Below are positions 20,435 to 30,047 of a stretch of 64,000 nucleotides of DNA, piece after piece. Numbering within the stretch: the stretch's first letter is position 1; each line of letters opens with the position of its first letter. This DNA comes from an uncultured bacterium (GTDB taxonomy: Bacteria; Oederibacteriota; JAAXVQ01; JAUVAV01), in contig CAVQBK010000013.1 in assembly GCA_963710755.1 (NCBI GenBank), positions 192,001-256,000 on the forward strand. Direction: 5' to 3'. The notes under the pieces were generated by a model. The model did not search any database. It was not told the origin of the DNA and saw only the letters and a list, made by a program, of their open reading frames with translations. The position numbers were made by a program, and so were the translations under genes.

Positions 20435-21028
20435 TTAATGCGCGTGTTTGGACAGGTAAGCGGCCACACCTTCCGAAGTAGCGTTTAGGCCCTCTTCGCC
20501 CTCTTTCCAATTGGCAGGACAGACCTCGCCGTATTTTTCATTGAAACGCAGCGCATCTAGTATACGGATCGCTTCGTCTACATTGCGGCCCAAGGGTAGA
20601 TCATTGATCAGTTCATGGCGGACTATGCCGGTTTTATCAATTAAGAACAATCCTCTCAAGGCCACCCCGTCCTCTTCCAAAAGTACCCCATAATCTCTGG
20701 AAATTTTCTTGTTCAGATCAGCCACCAGAGGGTACTTGATAGGCCCGATCCCCCCTTTGTCCACCGCCGTATTTTTCCAGGCAAAATGAGTATACTTGGA
20801 ATCAACGGAAACGCCAATTACCTCAGTTTCCCGTTTCTTGAACTCCTCCAGTTTTTTGTCAAAAGCGATAATCTCTGTTGGGCACACAAAGGTGAAATCC
20901 ATGGGATAAAAGAACAAAATCACATATTTGCCCTTATAGTCCGATAAATTCAACTCCACGAATTGATTATCCGCGGCAATTGCTTCTGCCTTGATTTCCG
21001 GTGCTGGTTTGGTTACTAAAGAAGCCAT
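20435..21028 (-). CDS. ahpC: 2-Cys peroxiredoxin
   Basis: [27 protein letters not shown]; RBS AGGAGG. Confidence 0.95.
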   Translation of the reverse strand: MASLVTKPAPEIKAEAIAADNQFVELNLSDYKGKYVILFFYPMDFTFVCPTEIIAFDKKLEEFKKRETEVIGVSVDSKYTHFAWKNTAVDKGGIGPIKYPLVADLNKKISRDYGVLLEEDGVALRGLFLIDKTGIVRHELINDLPLGRNVDEAIRILDALRFNEKYGEVCPANWKEGEEGLNATSEGVAAYLSKHAH

Positions 21029-21090
21029 GATAACTCCTCCTTTGGTATTATTTATGTTGACCCCGTAGACCTGGGTAATGACAACCTTTA

Positions 21091-21475
21091 TTAAGTACTT
21101 TTTGTATTCCTGCGGCAGCGTTGACAGATACCCTCCATCTCAAGGGCATCGGAACTGAGTTCCTAACTCATGGCCCCGTGCTGCTGCATGGTCAAGGGAG
21201 CAGGTAAAATGAACATCATCCACTCTGCCACGTCGAGAACTTTTAATGTGGTTATGGAAAATGGGACTGCCTTCGCACCTAACCCGATTCCCTTATATTT
21301 TTCCAATCAATACCAACTCACCCTATTTTGCGAGATTTCTTTAACCCACACTGATACGCCTGCTTGGAAATTTAGCTTTTATATGGAAATTAAACTCCGC
21401 AGCTCCGGGATGCTGTTTAAAAGCCCGCATTTCTGCCACTATCAGCTGTCTTTGTTTGGTTAACCGTACCACCAC
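21091..21475 (-). pseudogene. Decayed Fur/PerR-family transcriptional regulator
   Basis: Hand translation: VVVRLTKQRQLIVAEMRAFKQHPGAAEF...ISVG*RNLAK*GELVLIGKI*...EGSPIFHNHIKSSRRGRVDDV..., then after a frameshift [17 protein letters not shown]. Confidence 0.85.
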
Positions 21476-21489
21476 GAGCCCTTTTTTAT

Positions 21490-21508
21490 TATATTGATTA
21501 TCATTTAT
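21490..21508. promoter_or_regulatory. Fur-box-like operator
   Basis: tatattgattatcatttat matches 14/19 positions of GATAATGATTATCATTATC, just upstream of the fur-like pseudogene. Confidence 0.5.
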
Positions 21509-21694
21509 TAATTAGACACAAAATCATCAAAAGTTTTATAGGCATACTAAAATTACGGAGCAGATATTTTGGGCAGGCTTCTTAAACTATTCCCTAATTC
21601 ATTGCGAGACTATGTTGATATGCAAGGAAGAAGATCCTAAATTTTGTTGTCGCATTATACGCACCTTAAACTGCTGGGAAAATGAGAAGATTTA

Positions 21695-22081
21695 TTAAAG
21701 CAGTGGCAGAAGTTCGGATTTTTCCTGGTTAAGATATTTGTAAATGATCTGATACACCTTCTTACTATCTTCAATGTATTGTGCGGGCTCAGATTCTATA
21801 GCTTCAGGCTGGACCCACTTTTGTTTATAATCCTCAAAGTCTTTTTCCATCTCATCAAAAGCCTTGATCAATGGCAATCCTACCTTTGATAGTATTGGAT
21901 CACTGCCCCGGTCCACCACGCCTTTTTGATATTGTTTTAATGCCCCAGCCAGACCGAGCAACAAATAACGTACTTCATTGGCCATCACCATAAGGGCATT
22001 GGGTTTCAACTGATGTTCCATAGTTTCCAACATATTGTTGATGATTTCCTGGGCATTGGTCAGCTCTGCTTTGGTTAACAT
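21695..22081 (-). CDS. Hemerythrin-like four-helix protein lacking iron ligands
   Basis: LAGALK..., FEDYKQKW...I...P..YI, E..ELLPL pattern of short HHE/hemerythrin proteins; AGGAG RBS before ATG 22081. Confidence 0.55.
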   Translation of the reverse strand: MLTKAELTNAQEIINNMLETMEHQLKPNALMVMANEVRYLLLGLAGALKQYQKGVVDRGSDPILSKVGLPLIKAFDEMEKDFEDYKQKWVQPEAIESEPAQYIEDSKKVYQIIYKYLNQEKSELLPLL

Positions 22082-22398
22082 GGCCTGCTCCTGTGCTGTG
22101 GTGAAAGTCATTCCCTGCCATGAACCTGACCATAGGGATTTTTAGGCGGGCTCAGAACCGGGAAATAAATGCCCTAAAAACCTGTTTAGGCATCTGCCTG
22201 AGTATCGGTCATGTTTAGTTCTTTTCTGATTTTTTTAGATATTTTTTTGCAGATAGGACTATAGAAAGTGGGACAGACCGTAAAGCAGGATTTGATAAAA
22301 ATCCACTTCTTCGTGACAGCCAGCTCATGATTATATCAAGGCAACCCTAGCCGTCCTGGTCACCACCGGGGATGGCCAGGACGGGTTTACGGGAAAGA

Positions 22399-23667
22399 TC
22401 AATCGTTTTCATCCTCCGGGCCATAGCGTTTCACCATGGTCAATTCATTGTAATTGTGTAAAGTACTGTATTTGACCTGATCCATAATCTGGTTCACCAT
22501 AAAGGCCCCAACCCCGCGCTTTTTACCTTTTAAAACATTGGACTTGATAGTGGACGTATCCTGCTTGGTAATGTCAAAAGGATCACCATAATCACGAATT
22601 TGGATTTTGACCTGTTTTTTTTGAAAGTGAACGCGCAGCACCAAAATCTGCCAGGGATCAAAATCATTACCGTGTTCCATCAAATTGAGAAGAATCTCTT
22701 CCACGGCCAGCACCACTTCATTGGTTGTTTCCGGACTCATGCCTTCTTTTTCACATAAGCCTGTTAAAGATACTCTGATCACACCCATATAATTAACATC
22801 AGCGTTGATCTTTAACTCCATGCCTTTATATTTAGATTTGCGGCGTTTGGCTGTGGACCCGCTTTTAATAGTGAGTTGATTGCCCCACTCATCAATCTGA
22901 AAGGTCTCGTCACAATGTTCACATCGGTAAAGATCCGGGCCGGTGACCACCATCTCGTGGCCGCAAGTTTTACATTGCACCGTAAGGGGAAAAACTGCTT
23001 TTTCAGTTTTTTCCTTCACCTCCACTTGCAACTGCCCGCTTTTACCCCGGTCTTCCACGCGCAGGCTGACAGAGCCTGAAGCGCTGAGCGTGACCTCACC
23101 CTCCCATACCCCTTGCTTAAAGCCCTGCAATTGCTGAGGCAAAACCATACCTTCCTGGCAGCGTAAATCAGGTTGGTCATGGTAATCTCCAAGCAGGCCT
23201 GATTCTTTTGTTTGCGCTTCCACTCTAAGCATCACCGGCGTGCCACGGTAGACTTCACTTGCCGGGAGGGATAACACAAAATGATCCAATTCGTCCACCA
23301 GGGCTTCCCCGGCGGACCATTGGGTAAGCTGAGCAGGGGTGTCAATCAATTCGATCATGTCATCAAGCCCGATGGAGGCAAATACTTTTCTGATTTTTGG
23401 AGAGACATGACAAACCTTGATGTCGCCTTCCGGGCGGTCTCTGAATTCCCCTACCATGCCCACGAAAATACCCACGCCGGCGGAACTGATGTAATCAACA
23501 GCTTGTAAATCAATCAAAATTTTGGCCTGATCCCGGTTAAGCTGCTGCTGCAATTGGGCTTCAAAATCATGTGCAGTATCGGAATCAATGGAGCCCTGAA
23601 TTTTTAATAATTGCACGCCCGGCAAATGATCTATCGTTTCATAGACAAATGTCAATTCTTGTCCCAT
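22399..23667 (-). CDS. STAS (anti-anti-sigma) + Ig-like + Zn ribbon + RsbW-like HATPase fusion
   Basis: DLQAVDYISSAGVG; CKTC..CEHC; AVEEILLNLMEHG, IRDYGDPFD, RGVGAFMVNQIMD; GGAGG RBS before ATG 23667. Confidence 0.88.
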   Translation of the reverse strand: MGQELTFVYETIDHLPGVQLLKIQGSIDSDTAHDFEAQLQQQLNRDQAKILIDLQAVDYISSAGVGIFVGMVGEFRDRPEGDIKVCHVSPKIRKVFASIGLDDMIELIDTPAQLTQWSAGEALVDELDHFVLSLPASEVYRGTPVMLRVEAQTKESGLLGDYHDQPDLRCQEGMVLPQQLQGFKQGVWEGEVTLSASGSVSLRVEDRGKSGQLQVEVKEKTEKAVFPLTVQCKTCGHEMVVTGPDLYRCEHCDETFQIDEWGNQLTIKSGSTAKRRKSKYKGMELKINADVNYMGVIRVSLTGLCEKEGMSPETTNEVVLAVEEILLNLMEHGNDFDPWQILVLRVHFQKKQVKIQIRDYGDPFDITKQDTSTIKSNVLKGKKRGVGAFMVNQIMDQVKYSTLHNYNELTMVKRYGPEDEND

Positions 23668-23690
23668 AAGTCCTCCGTTCTTTCCAACCA

Positions 23691-25334
23691 TTATTTTTTC
23701 TTTTTTGACTTGGCTGTTTCAATTTTATTGTTGAGTTTGGTTATGCTGCGCTTATCGCCCAAGGCTTTGGCAATAATCAGCAAATGCCGGTCTTCATAGG
23801 TCTTGAGGGTTCCGGTCACAATAGTTTCGATGCGTCCGGCTTGGTCATCACTGGTTAAGAACGTCGCGATGACCCGGCCAAAATAATCCCACTGCTGTCC
23901 CTGACCATCGCTGGAAGATGGGGATTTGGTCTGTTGGTATTGTGCGTAAAACTGATTGGCCAGCTTCTGTTCTTCTTTATCTAAAACCGCATCTTTAATT
24001 TTACGGTCCAATCCCAACCCCGCATAGGCCACTTTATTTTTATCGTGATTTAAATACTGGTCTATCAAAAGCAATTGGAACGTCTTAAAGGCTACTGCAC
24101 CATCTTCTTCCAAATGGGTGTGGCTAAAAGATACATTTCGGGCATCGTCCGATTGGGCTTGATTGTACTGATCAATGGCATGCAAACAATCATGGAACCA
24201 ATCGATTCTCAGCTGATCCAGTCCGTGGGCAACGTCTATGTGAATAGGGTTGGTGCCTGAAGATTTGGCCGCCTCTGCAGGAGGAGCTTCTGCTTCTTCT
24301 TTGGCCTTGGCTTCTGCTTCTTCTTTGGCCTTGGCTTCTGCTTCTTCTTTGGCCTTGGCTTCTGCTTCTTCTTTGGCCTTGGCTTCTGCTTCTTCTTTGG
24401 CCTTGGCTTCTGCTTCTTCTTTGGCCTTGGCTTCTGCTTCTTCTTTGGCCTTGGCTTCTGCTTCTTCTTTGGCCTTGGCTTCTGCTTCTTCTTTGGCCTT
24501 GGCTTCTGCTTCTTCTTTGGCCTTGGCTTCTGCTTCTTCTTTGGCCTTGGCTTCTGCTTCTTCTTTGGCCTTGGCTTCTGCTTCTTCTTTGGCCTTGGCT
24601 TCTGCTTCTTCTTTGGCCTTGGCTTCTGCTTCTTCTTTGGCCTTGGCTTCTGCTTCTTCTTTGGCCTTGGCTTCTGCTTCTTCTTTGGCCTTGGCTTCTG
24701 CTTCTTCTTTGGCCTTGGCTTCTGCTTCTTCTTTGGCCTTGGCTTCTGCTTCTTCTTTGGCCTTGGCTTCTGCTTCTTCTTTGGCCTTGGCTTCTGCTTC
24801 TTCTTTCGCCTTGGCTTCTGCTTCTTCTTTGGCCTTGGCTTCTGCTTCTTCTTTCGCCTTGGCTTCTGCTTCTTCTTTGGCCTTGGCTTCTGCTTCTTCT
24901 TTGGCCTTGGCTTCTGCTTCTTCTTTCGCCTTGGCTTCTGCTTCTTCTTTGGCTTTGGCTTCTGCTTCTTCTTTCGCCTTGGCTTCTGCTTCTTCTTTGG
25001 CCTTGGCTTCTGCTTCTTCAGTAGGAGCTTCTGATCTTTTTAAATTTCGAGAGATTTGTTGATCCACATGGTTTTCTTTGGCAATTTCAGCAACAGCTGC
25101 CGCTCCGGCTGCGGAGGCAAGGCTACCCTTTTCTTTTTTTTCTGCTTTCGGTTCCTGGACTTTATTCTTTTTGGCCAATAATGAAAAGAGTATCCAGTAG
25201 ACCGTGGTCAGAACGAGCGCTACCACAAAAAAAGTACCAAAAGGCATGATACCTTGGGCTACCATGGCCAACATGCTCGGCCCAATAATAAATAATGAAA
25301 TCACCAATAATTCTTTCATTTCCATTTCTCCCAT
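23691..25334 (-). CDS. Membrane protein with long EEAEAKAK helical stalk and C-terminal globular domain (TolA-like architecture)
   Basis: Two N-terminal TM helices, 30 octapeptide repeats, ~195-aa unique C-terminus. Confidence 0.8.
   Translation of the reverse strand: MGEMEMKELLVISLFIIGPSMLAMVAQGIMPFGTFFVVALVLTTVYWILFSLLAKKNKVQEPKAEKKEKGSLASAAGAAAVAEIAKENHVDQQISRNLKRSEAPTEEAEAKAKEEAEAKAKEEAEAKAKEEAEAKAKEEAEAKAKEEAEAKAKEEAEAKAKEEAEAKAKEEAEAKAKEEAEAKAKEEAEAKAKEEAEAKAKEEAEAKAKEEAEAKAKEEAEAKAKEEAEAKAKEEAEAKAKEEAEAKAKEEAEAKAKEEAEAKAKEEAEAKAKEEAEAKAKEEAEAKAKEEAEAKAKEEAEAKAKEEAEAKAKEEAEAKAKEEAEAKAKEEAEAKAKEEAEAKAKEEAEAPPAEAAKSSGTNPIHIDVAHGLDQLRIDWFHDCLHAIDQYNQAQSDDARNVSFSHTHLEEDGAVAFKTFQLLLIDQYLNHDKNKVAYAGLGLDRKIKDAVLDKEEQKLANQFYAQYQQTKSPSSSDGQGQQWDYFGRVIATFLTSDDQAGRIETIVTGTLKTYEDRHLLIIAKALGDKRSITKLNNKIETAKSKKKK
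24286..25019. repeat. Coding tandem repeat, 24-bp unit x 30.6
   Basis: Unit gcttctgcttcttctttggccttg; 30 full copies plus 14 bp; synonymous variants only at 24807, 24855, 24927, 24954 and 24975. Confidence 0.97.
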
Positions 25335-25469
25335 TTAAATGATTAGCCCAAAGGCATTTATAGGGGTTAACCGGAATAGTGGCTTGTCTATCACCACAAA
25401 AGCCTCGCGGTTCCTGGTTGACTGTCACAAGCTTGAATTCAAAATCTCCATAATCTATGAACCATTAAT

Positions 25470-25498
25470 ACTATATCGGCAGTAAGCTACATATTCAA
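25470..25498 (-). promoter_or_regulatory. Sigma70-type promoter for the repeat-protein/STAS operon
   Basis: TTGAAT-N17-TATAGT on the minus strand. Confidence 0.5.
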
Positions 25499-25529
25499 GT
25501 CAGATGGAAAAATAATTATAAGCAGCTCT

Positions 25530-26348
25530 CTAGTCAGTGCGTAATATTTTTCTGATGATGGTCATGAGCAGGAAAAACATAAAATTGATCATGACAATCG
25601 TTGCCCCGGCCGGAAAATTAAGCAAGAAAGCCAATAGGATACCAAAAAGCACGGATCCGACCGCAATCATAACAGCAATGAGGATAGCCTGCCGGAACCC
25701 TTTGGCAATCTGTAGGGCGGAAATGGGAGGGAAAATGATCAAACTGGCCACCAACATGGTGCCTACCACTTTGATGCCCAAAATCACGGTCAAAGCGGTA
25801 AGAAGTACCAGCAGTCGATCCATACGCCTGGTCTTGATGCCCTGTACCCTGGCATGATCTTCGTCAAAGGTAATGGCAAACAGTTCATTAAAGAAAACGA
25901 TGATGGTGATAAGGACCAGAAGCGATAAGACAATAGCAAAAATGGTCTCCACCTTGCTTACTGCCAGAATATCGCCAAATAAATAACTGAACAGGTCTAC
26001 ATTGAATCCGCCCGCCTTGCTGGCCAGGATAATGCCCAGGGCAATACCAATGGCCGAGATGAGGCCAATGGCCGCATCACTATAAACATTGGCGCGCTCA
26101 GCCAGGTGCAAAATCCAAAAGGATGCCAGCACAGCCAGGGGAGCGGCCACATAAAAGGGGTAGACATTGATCAGCAGGCCCAGGCCGATGGTGCCAAAGG
26201 AAAAATGGGACAGGCCTTCGCCAATCAGAGATAAGCGTTTTAAAACCAAAAACACGCCCAGGCAGGCGCAGGAAACTGCAATAAATGTGCCGCTAAGCAA
26301 GGCCCTTTGAATAAAGCCCAATTTCAACCCTTCAAGAATGGTGTCCAT
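25530..26348 (-). CDS. znuB: Zn/Mn ABC transporter permease
   Basis: LGVFLVLKRLSLIGEGLSH, SYLFGDIL, FDEDHARVQG. Confidence 0.9.
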   Translation of the reverse strand: MDTILEGLKLGFIQRALLSGTFIAVSCACLGVFLVLKRLSLIGEGLSHFSFGTIGLGLLINVYPFYVAAPLAVLASFWILHLAERANVYSDAAIGLISAIGIALGIILASKAGGFNVDLFSYLFGDILAVSKVETIFAIVLSLLVLITIIVFFNELFAITFDEDHARVQGIKTRRMDRLLVLLTALTVILGIKVVGTMLVASLIIFPPISALQIAKGFRQAILIAVMIAVGSVLFGILLAFLLNFPAGATIVMINFMFFLLMTIIRKILRTD

Positions 26349-27117
26349 GGCCCGGCTCACTTTCGTGTTGATGACAAATCACATGCTGCGCAAAGTCTCC
26401 AAACAGTCCGGTCATTTCTTCGGATATGCAAAAATCTTTGAATGATCCGAAAAAAATCAACCGGCGATCCAAATAAATCATCTTGGTGGCGTAGTGCCCA
26501 ATGGTACCGCTGTCATGGGTAACGAGCAGCACGGTTACTTTTTTTTCTTGGTTCAGGCTAAGAAGGGTTTGGTAGAAATTTTCCCTGGCTTCCGGATCCA
26601 AGGCCACTGTAGGTTCATCCAGAATAAGCAGGCTCGGTTCATTCACCAAAGCCCGGGCTAAATACACCCGCTGGCGCTGGCCGCCGGATAAATTGCCGAT
26701 TTGCCGGCGTTCAAGTTCCTTGATCTTCAACAGGTTCATCACAGCTTCCAGTTTGTCTTTATCCTTGTCCGTCTGGTGTCTGGGAAAACGTTTTTGGCTG
26801 AGCAGGCCGGTCGCCACAATCTCCCGGACCGTGGCTGGAAACCCTTGTTTGGGCAGAACCGTAAATTGCGGCAGGTAACCGATCCGATGCCAATCCTTAA
26901 ACTGAGCCAGCGGCGTACCGAAGAGACGGATCTGCCCGCCCGACATAGGCACCAGATTGAGCAGTGCCTTGATGAACGTGGTTTTGCCGGAACCATTGGG
27001 GCCAACGACGCCGAAATATTCCCCTGGAGGTAATTGCAAACTCACCTGGTCCAAAACTACACTGTCCTGATATTTAATGGTTAAATGGGAACAGTCGATA
27101 ATGCTCGGTTCAGTCAC
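26332..27117 (-). CDS. znuC: Zn/Mn ABC transporter ATP-binding protein
   Basis: GPNGSGKTT, LSGGQRQR, LILDEPT, VTHD; His-rich C-terminus. Confidence 0.92.
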   Translation of the reverse strand: MTEPSIIDCSHLTIKYQDSVVLDQVSLQLPPGEYFGVVGPNGSGKTTFIKALLNLVPMSGGQIRLFGTPLAQFKDWHRIGYLPQFTVLPKQGFPATVREIVATGLLSQKRFPRHQTDKDKDKLEAVMNLLKIKELERRQIGNLSGGQRQRVYLARALVNEPSLLILDEPTVALDPEARENFYQTLLSLNQEKKVTVLLVTHDSGTIGHYATKMIYLDRRLIFFGSFKDFCISEEMTGLFGDFAQHVICHQHESEPGHGHHS

Positions 27118-28033
27118 ACAGCGCCTCTTTTAAATAGGTTAGGTTCTTTTTCATGATGGAGAGGTAATCTTGATGGGTTTGGGTTTCTTCTTTTGACAAA
27201 TTGGCCAGGGTGTGTAAAGGCCTGAGACGGGCACCTGTTTCCTCGGCCATAACCTGCGCCATTTTAGGTTTGGTCATAGCTTCATAAAAAATAATTTTAA
27301 TATTATCCTTTTTCAGCTTTTCCACCACCTTGACCAGGCGGTCCGGGCTGGGACGGGCATTGGGAGAATAACCTTCATAAGCGGTGATGGTCTTTAAATT
27401 ATAACGGCGCGCAAAATAATTAAAAAATTGGTGGCCTGAAATGGCGATAGTGCGGTGCGGGCATGAGGCCAGGCTTTTGGTGATGGTGGTGTTTAATTGT
27501 TCCAGTCGACCGATATAAGCTTGTGCATTTTTTTCAAACTCAGCTTTATGAGATGGTTGCTGTTCAATTAATAATTTTGCAATGGCTCTGACCATTGCCT
27601 GCGCAATAACAGGATCGAGCCAGTAATGAGGATCTTCGAGATGGTGATGATCCTCCGTCGAGGTGGCGGTGCCGGTCTCGGCCATCAACGCCTTGGGATT
27701 GATCATCTTGCTGAGATCGACAATCTTCAAGGTCGGCGTTTGCAGACTTTCCATCATGTCCGTTACCCATGGTTCCATGGAAGCACTGGTATAAATAAAT
27801 AAATTAGCCTTCATGATCTCCACAATATTCCTGGGGGTGGGACTGAAACTGTGGGCTTCCACCCCGGGCGGCAAAAGCAACTTGACCTCCACCAGACTCC
27901 CCCCCACTTGCCGGACAAATTCATAAGTGGGATAAATGGTGGTTATCACCCTAATGGGTGACGCAGCCGCCCAAGATGGCAAGGTCGCACACAACAAGCT
28001 TATCCAGATAAAGAGTTTGGCGCCACTTTTCAT
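27110..28033 (-). CDS. znuA: Zn/Mn ABC transporter substrate-binding protein
   Basis: Signal peptide, PPGVEAHSFSP, DHHHLEDPHYWLDP, GHQFFNYF. Confidence 0.92.
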   Translation of the reverse strand: MKSGAKLFIWISLLCATLPSWAAASPIRVITTIYPTYEFVRQVGGSLVEVKLLLPPGVEAHSFSPTPRNIVEIMKANLFIYTSASMEPWVTDMMESLQTPTLKIVDLSKMINPKALMAETGTATSTEDHHHLEDPHYWLDPVIAQAMVRAIAKLLIEQQPSHKAEFEKNAQAYIGRLEQLNTTITKSLASCPHRTIAISGHQFFNYFARRYNLKTITAYEGYSPNARPSPDRLVKVVEKLKKDNIKIIFYEAMTKPKMAQVMAEETGARLRPLHTLANLSKEETQTHQDYLSIMKKNLTYLKEALCD

Positions 28034-28067
28034 AAATCCTCCGCCGATGATGGATGGTTAGCGCGCT

Positions 28068-28097
28068 ATTATAGCTTGAGTGAGAAAGATTTGGCAA
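28068..28097 (-). promoter_or_regulatory. Sigma70-type promoter for the znu operon
   Basis: TTGCCA-N18-TATAAT on the minus strand. Confidence 0.5.
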
Positions 28098-28135
28098 GAT
28101 TAAGCGAGTACTCAGGGAGGGACTGGCAGGAGCGT

Positions 28136-28615
28136 TTAGCCGTGGGTGAGTACAATCACGTAACAATAAATTTCATCGATCTTGACTAATTCGGCCAGGA
28201 GTTCCTGTCCTTGCCTGAGTTTGACAACACCGTCAATCACGACCGGCAACCCCATATGTTTAACCGTGACCCGTCCGCCCAGCACACCTTTGGTCATGCC
28301 GGCCAGCATATTCACAATTTCCCGCATGGCGTCCAACATATCCAGCTCATCCACGGGTGCCCCGCCCAGGGCCAGGAGCCGTTGCGTTAATTGGCGGCAA
28401 CCCTCATGCGAGGAGATCAGACCTAAATGCACACTGCAGTGATCATAGGTCCAGGGCACATAGGCGCCGACGATTTTTTCCCAGGGCAGATCCACGTCGG
28501 CGGAAACCACGTTGCATTCCTGCATGCACAGCGTGGTCTGTGCAAAATGACGTATGGATTTTACCAAAGCGGCAAGCCACTCCGGTGATGTGGGAACCAA
28601 GGCATGATCATTCAT
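28136..28615 (-). CDS. CheX-like chemotaxis phosphatase family protein
   Basis: DAMREIVNMLAG (ExxN motif) and GLPVVIDG. Confidence 0.8.
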   Translation of the reverse strand: MNDHALVPTSPEWLAALVKSIRHFAQTTLCMQECNVVSADVDLPWEKIVGAYVPWTYDHCSVHLGLISSHEGCRQLTQRLLALGGAPVDELDMLDAMREIVNMLAGMTKGVLGGRVTVKHMGLPVVIDGVVKLRQGQELLAELVKIDEIYCYVIVLTHG

Positions 28616-28967
28616 AGCTATTCCTGATGCTGTTCCTTTTTTGGACACCAAATTGCTGCTTTGTTATTTTCGGCGTTTCCAGGGAAGAATTTAATTTTTC
28701 TCTTTCACTATCGTATCCATGATGCGTTTTATACGATCAGTCGCCAATGGCAATCTGGTAAAACTGGGCGCATGACGCATTAAGGGCAGGAAGCTTTACC
28801 GTGGTCCGTCCACTGCATAATCACTTGGCCCGGTAATTTGCCCATCGTCCATTGCTGGCACGTAACGGCCTGGAAAAACGACCAAACTCTCCCTTTTAGT
28901 GAAAAATCAGACCACCCGCTTTGCATGAGGAATTGATAAAAATCCCAACAGCTAGGACTGCCTGCTC

Positions 28968-30047
28968 TTATTTCTCCACATGCTTCAAATATTGTCCATA
29001 GCCGTGTTTTTCCATCTGCGCTGCCGGAATAAAGCGCAAAGCCGCAGAATTGATGCAATAACGCAGGCCCGTAGGCTCTGGGCCGTCGTTGAAGACATGA
29101 CCCAGATGAGAATTGGCTTGCGTGCTTCTGACTTCGGTCCTGGTTGTAAACAAAGACCGGTCTTGCTTTTCTACTACATGGCCTTTTTCCAGGGGCGCAT
29201 AAAAACTAGGCCATCCGGTCCCGGAATTATATTTTTCCTTGGAGGAAAACAAAGGCTCTCCGGAAACCACATCCACGTAAATACCTTCTTCTTTATTATC
29301 CCAATAGGCATTTTGAAAAGCCGGTTCCGTGCCGTTTTGTTGGGTAACTTTGAATTGCATGGGTGTCAATTTGTTTTTAAGCGTGGTTTTATCCAGTTTG
29401 GTCCCCGGGGACGTTGGATCGTGGGCCCAAGTTTTTTCCAGAAAAGGAACCCGGCCCGAAAGCACACTATAATTCTTGTAATGGGTACTGTTGGTTTGAT
29501 AGTAGTGCTGATGATAATCTTCAGCCTTGTAAAACGTGGTCGCTTTCTTTATAGCTGTGACAATGGGTTTGTCGAAGCGCCCCGACTCGGACAGCGCGGC
29601 TTTGGATCGCTCCGCCTCTTGACGCTGCTGTTCGTCCACATAAAAGATAACGCTCTCATATTGGCGTCCTCTGTCGGCGAATTGTCCACCGGCATCGGTG
29701 GGATCAATACTTCTCCAAAACACATCCAGTAAAGCCGAATAGGACACCACCTTTGGGTCATAGGTGACTTCCACTGCTTCCAAATGACCCGTGGTGCCTG
29801 AAGAAACTTCTTCATAAGTAGGATTAACTTTCTTCCCTCCCGTATAGCCTACCTCCACCTCTTTGACGCCCTTGAGACGTTCATAGGGGGGCTCCATACA
29901 CCAAAAGCATCCTCCTGCGAATATGGCTTTTTTCATGACTTTTTCCTCAGCTATAGCCATCATGGCACCTCCCACGCTCAATATCATGATCAAAATCGCC
30001 GGCATTGAGACTCGCCAAACCATTGGTCTGTTGCTGCTGATTTTCAT
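28968..30047 (-). CDS. msrAB: Bifunctional peptide methionine sulfoxide reductase MsrA/MsrB, probably exported
   Basis: [39 protein letters not shown]; N-terminal signal-like segment; exact start uncertain. Confidence 0.95.
   Translation of the reverse strand: MKISSNRPMVWRVSMPAILIMILSVGGAMMAIAEEKVMKKAIFAGGCFWCMEPPYERLKGVKEVEVGYTGGKKVNPTYEEVSSGTTGHLEAVEVTYDPKVVSYSALLDVFWRSIDPTDAGGQFADRGRQYESVIFYVDEQQRQEAERSKAALSESGRFDKPIVTAIKKATTFYKAEDYHQHYYQTNSTHYKNYSVLSGRVPFLEKTWAHDPTSPGTKLDKTTLKNKLTPMQFKVTQQNGTEPAFQNAYWDNKEEGIYVDVVSGEPLFSSKEKYNSGTGWPSFYAPLEKGHVVEKQDRSLFTTRTEVRSTQANSHLGHVFNDGPEPTGLRYCINSAALRFIPAAQMEKHGYGQYLKHVEK

Noticed and set aside
21170-21463. Plus-strand 97-aa ORF
   Set aside because: No recognisable motif; it lies antisense to the Fur/PerR pseudogene.
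21091-21475. Stop-codon reassignment or readthrough rescuing the fur-like gene
   Set aside because: TAA and TAG terminate normal genes in this window; the region also has a frameshift and lost cysteines.
22110-22385. Riboswitch or ncRNA upstream of the hemerythrin-like gene
   Set aside because: Stems exist (tttttagg/cctaaaaa; a GC hairpin at 22351-22384), but I could not match any known aptamer consensus. An Rfam/Infernal scan would be needed.
24286-25019. 24-bp repeat array as a CRISPR array
   Set aside because: Units are head-to-tail with no spacers, in frame within a CDS, and no cas genes are present.
24250-25062. Plus-strand 270-aa ORF (ALASASSL)n
   Set aside because: Antisense shadow of the EEAEAKAK repeat; the variants are synonymous on the minus strand, while most change L to F on the plus strand.
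28980-29732. Plus-strand 250-aa ORF
   Set aside because: Antisense to the well-supported msrAB; no motifs.
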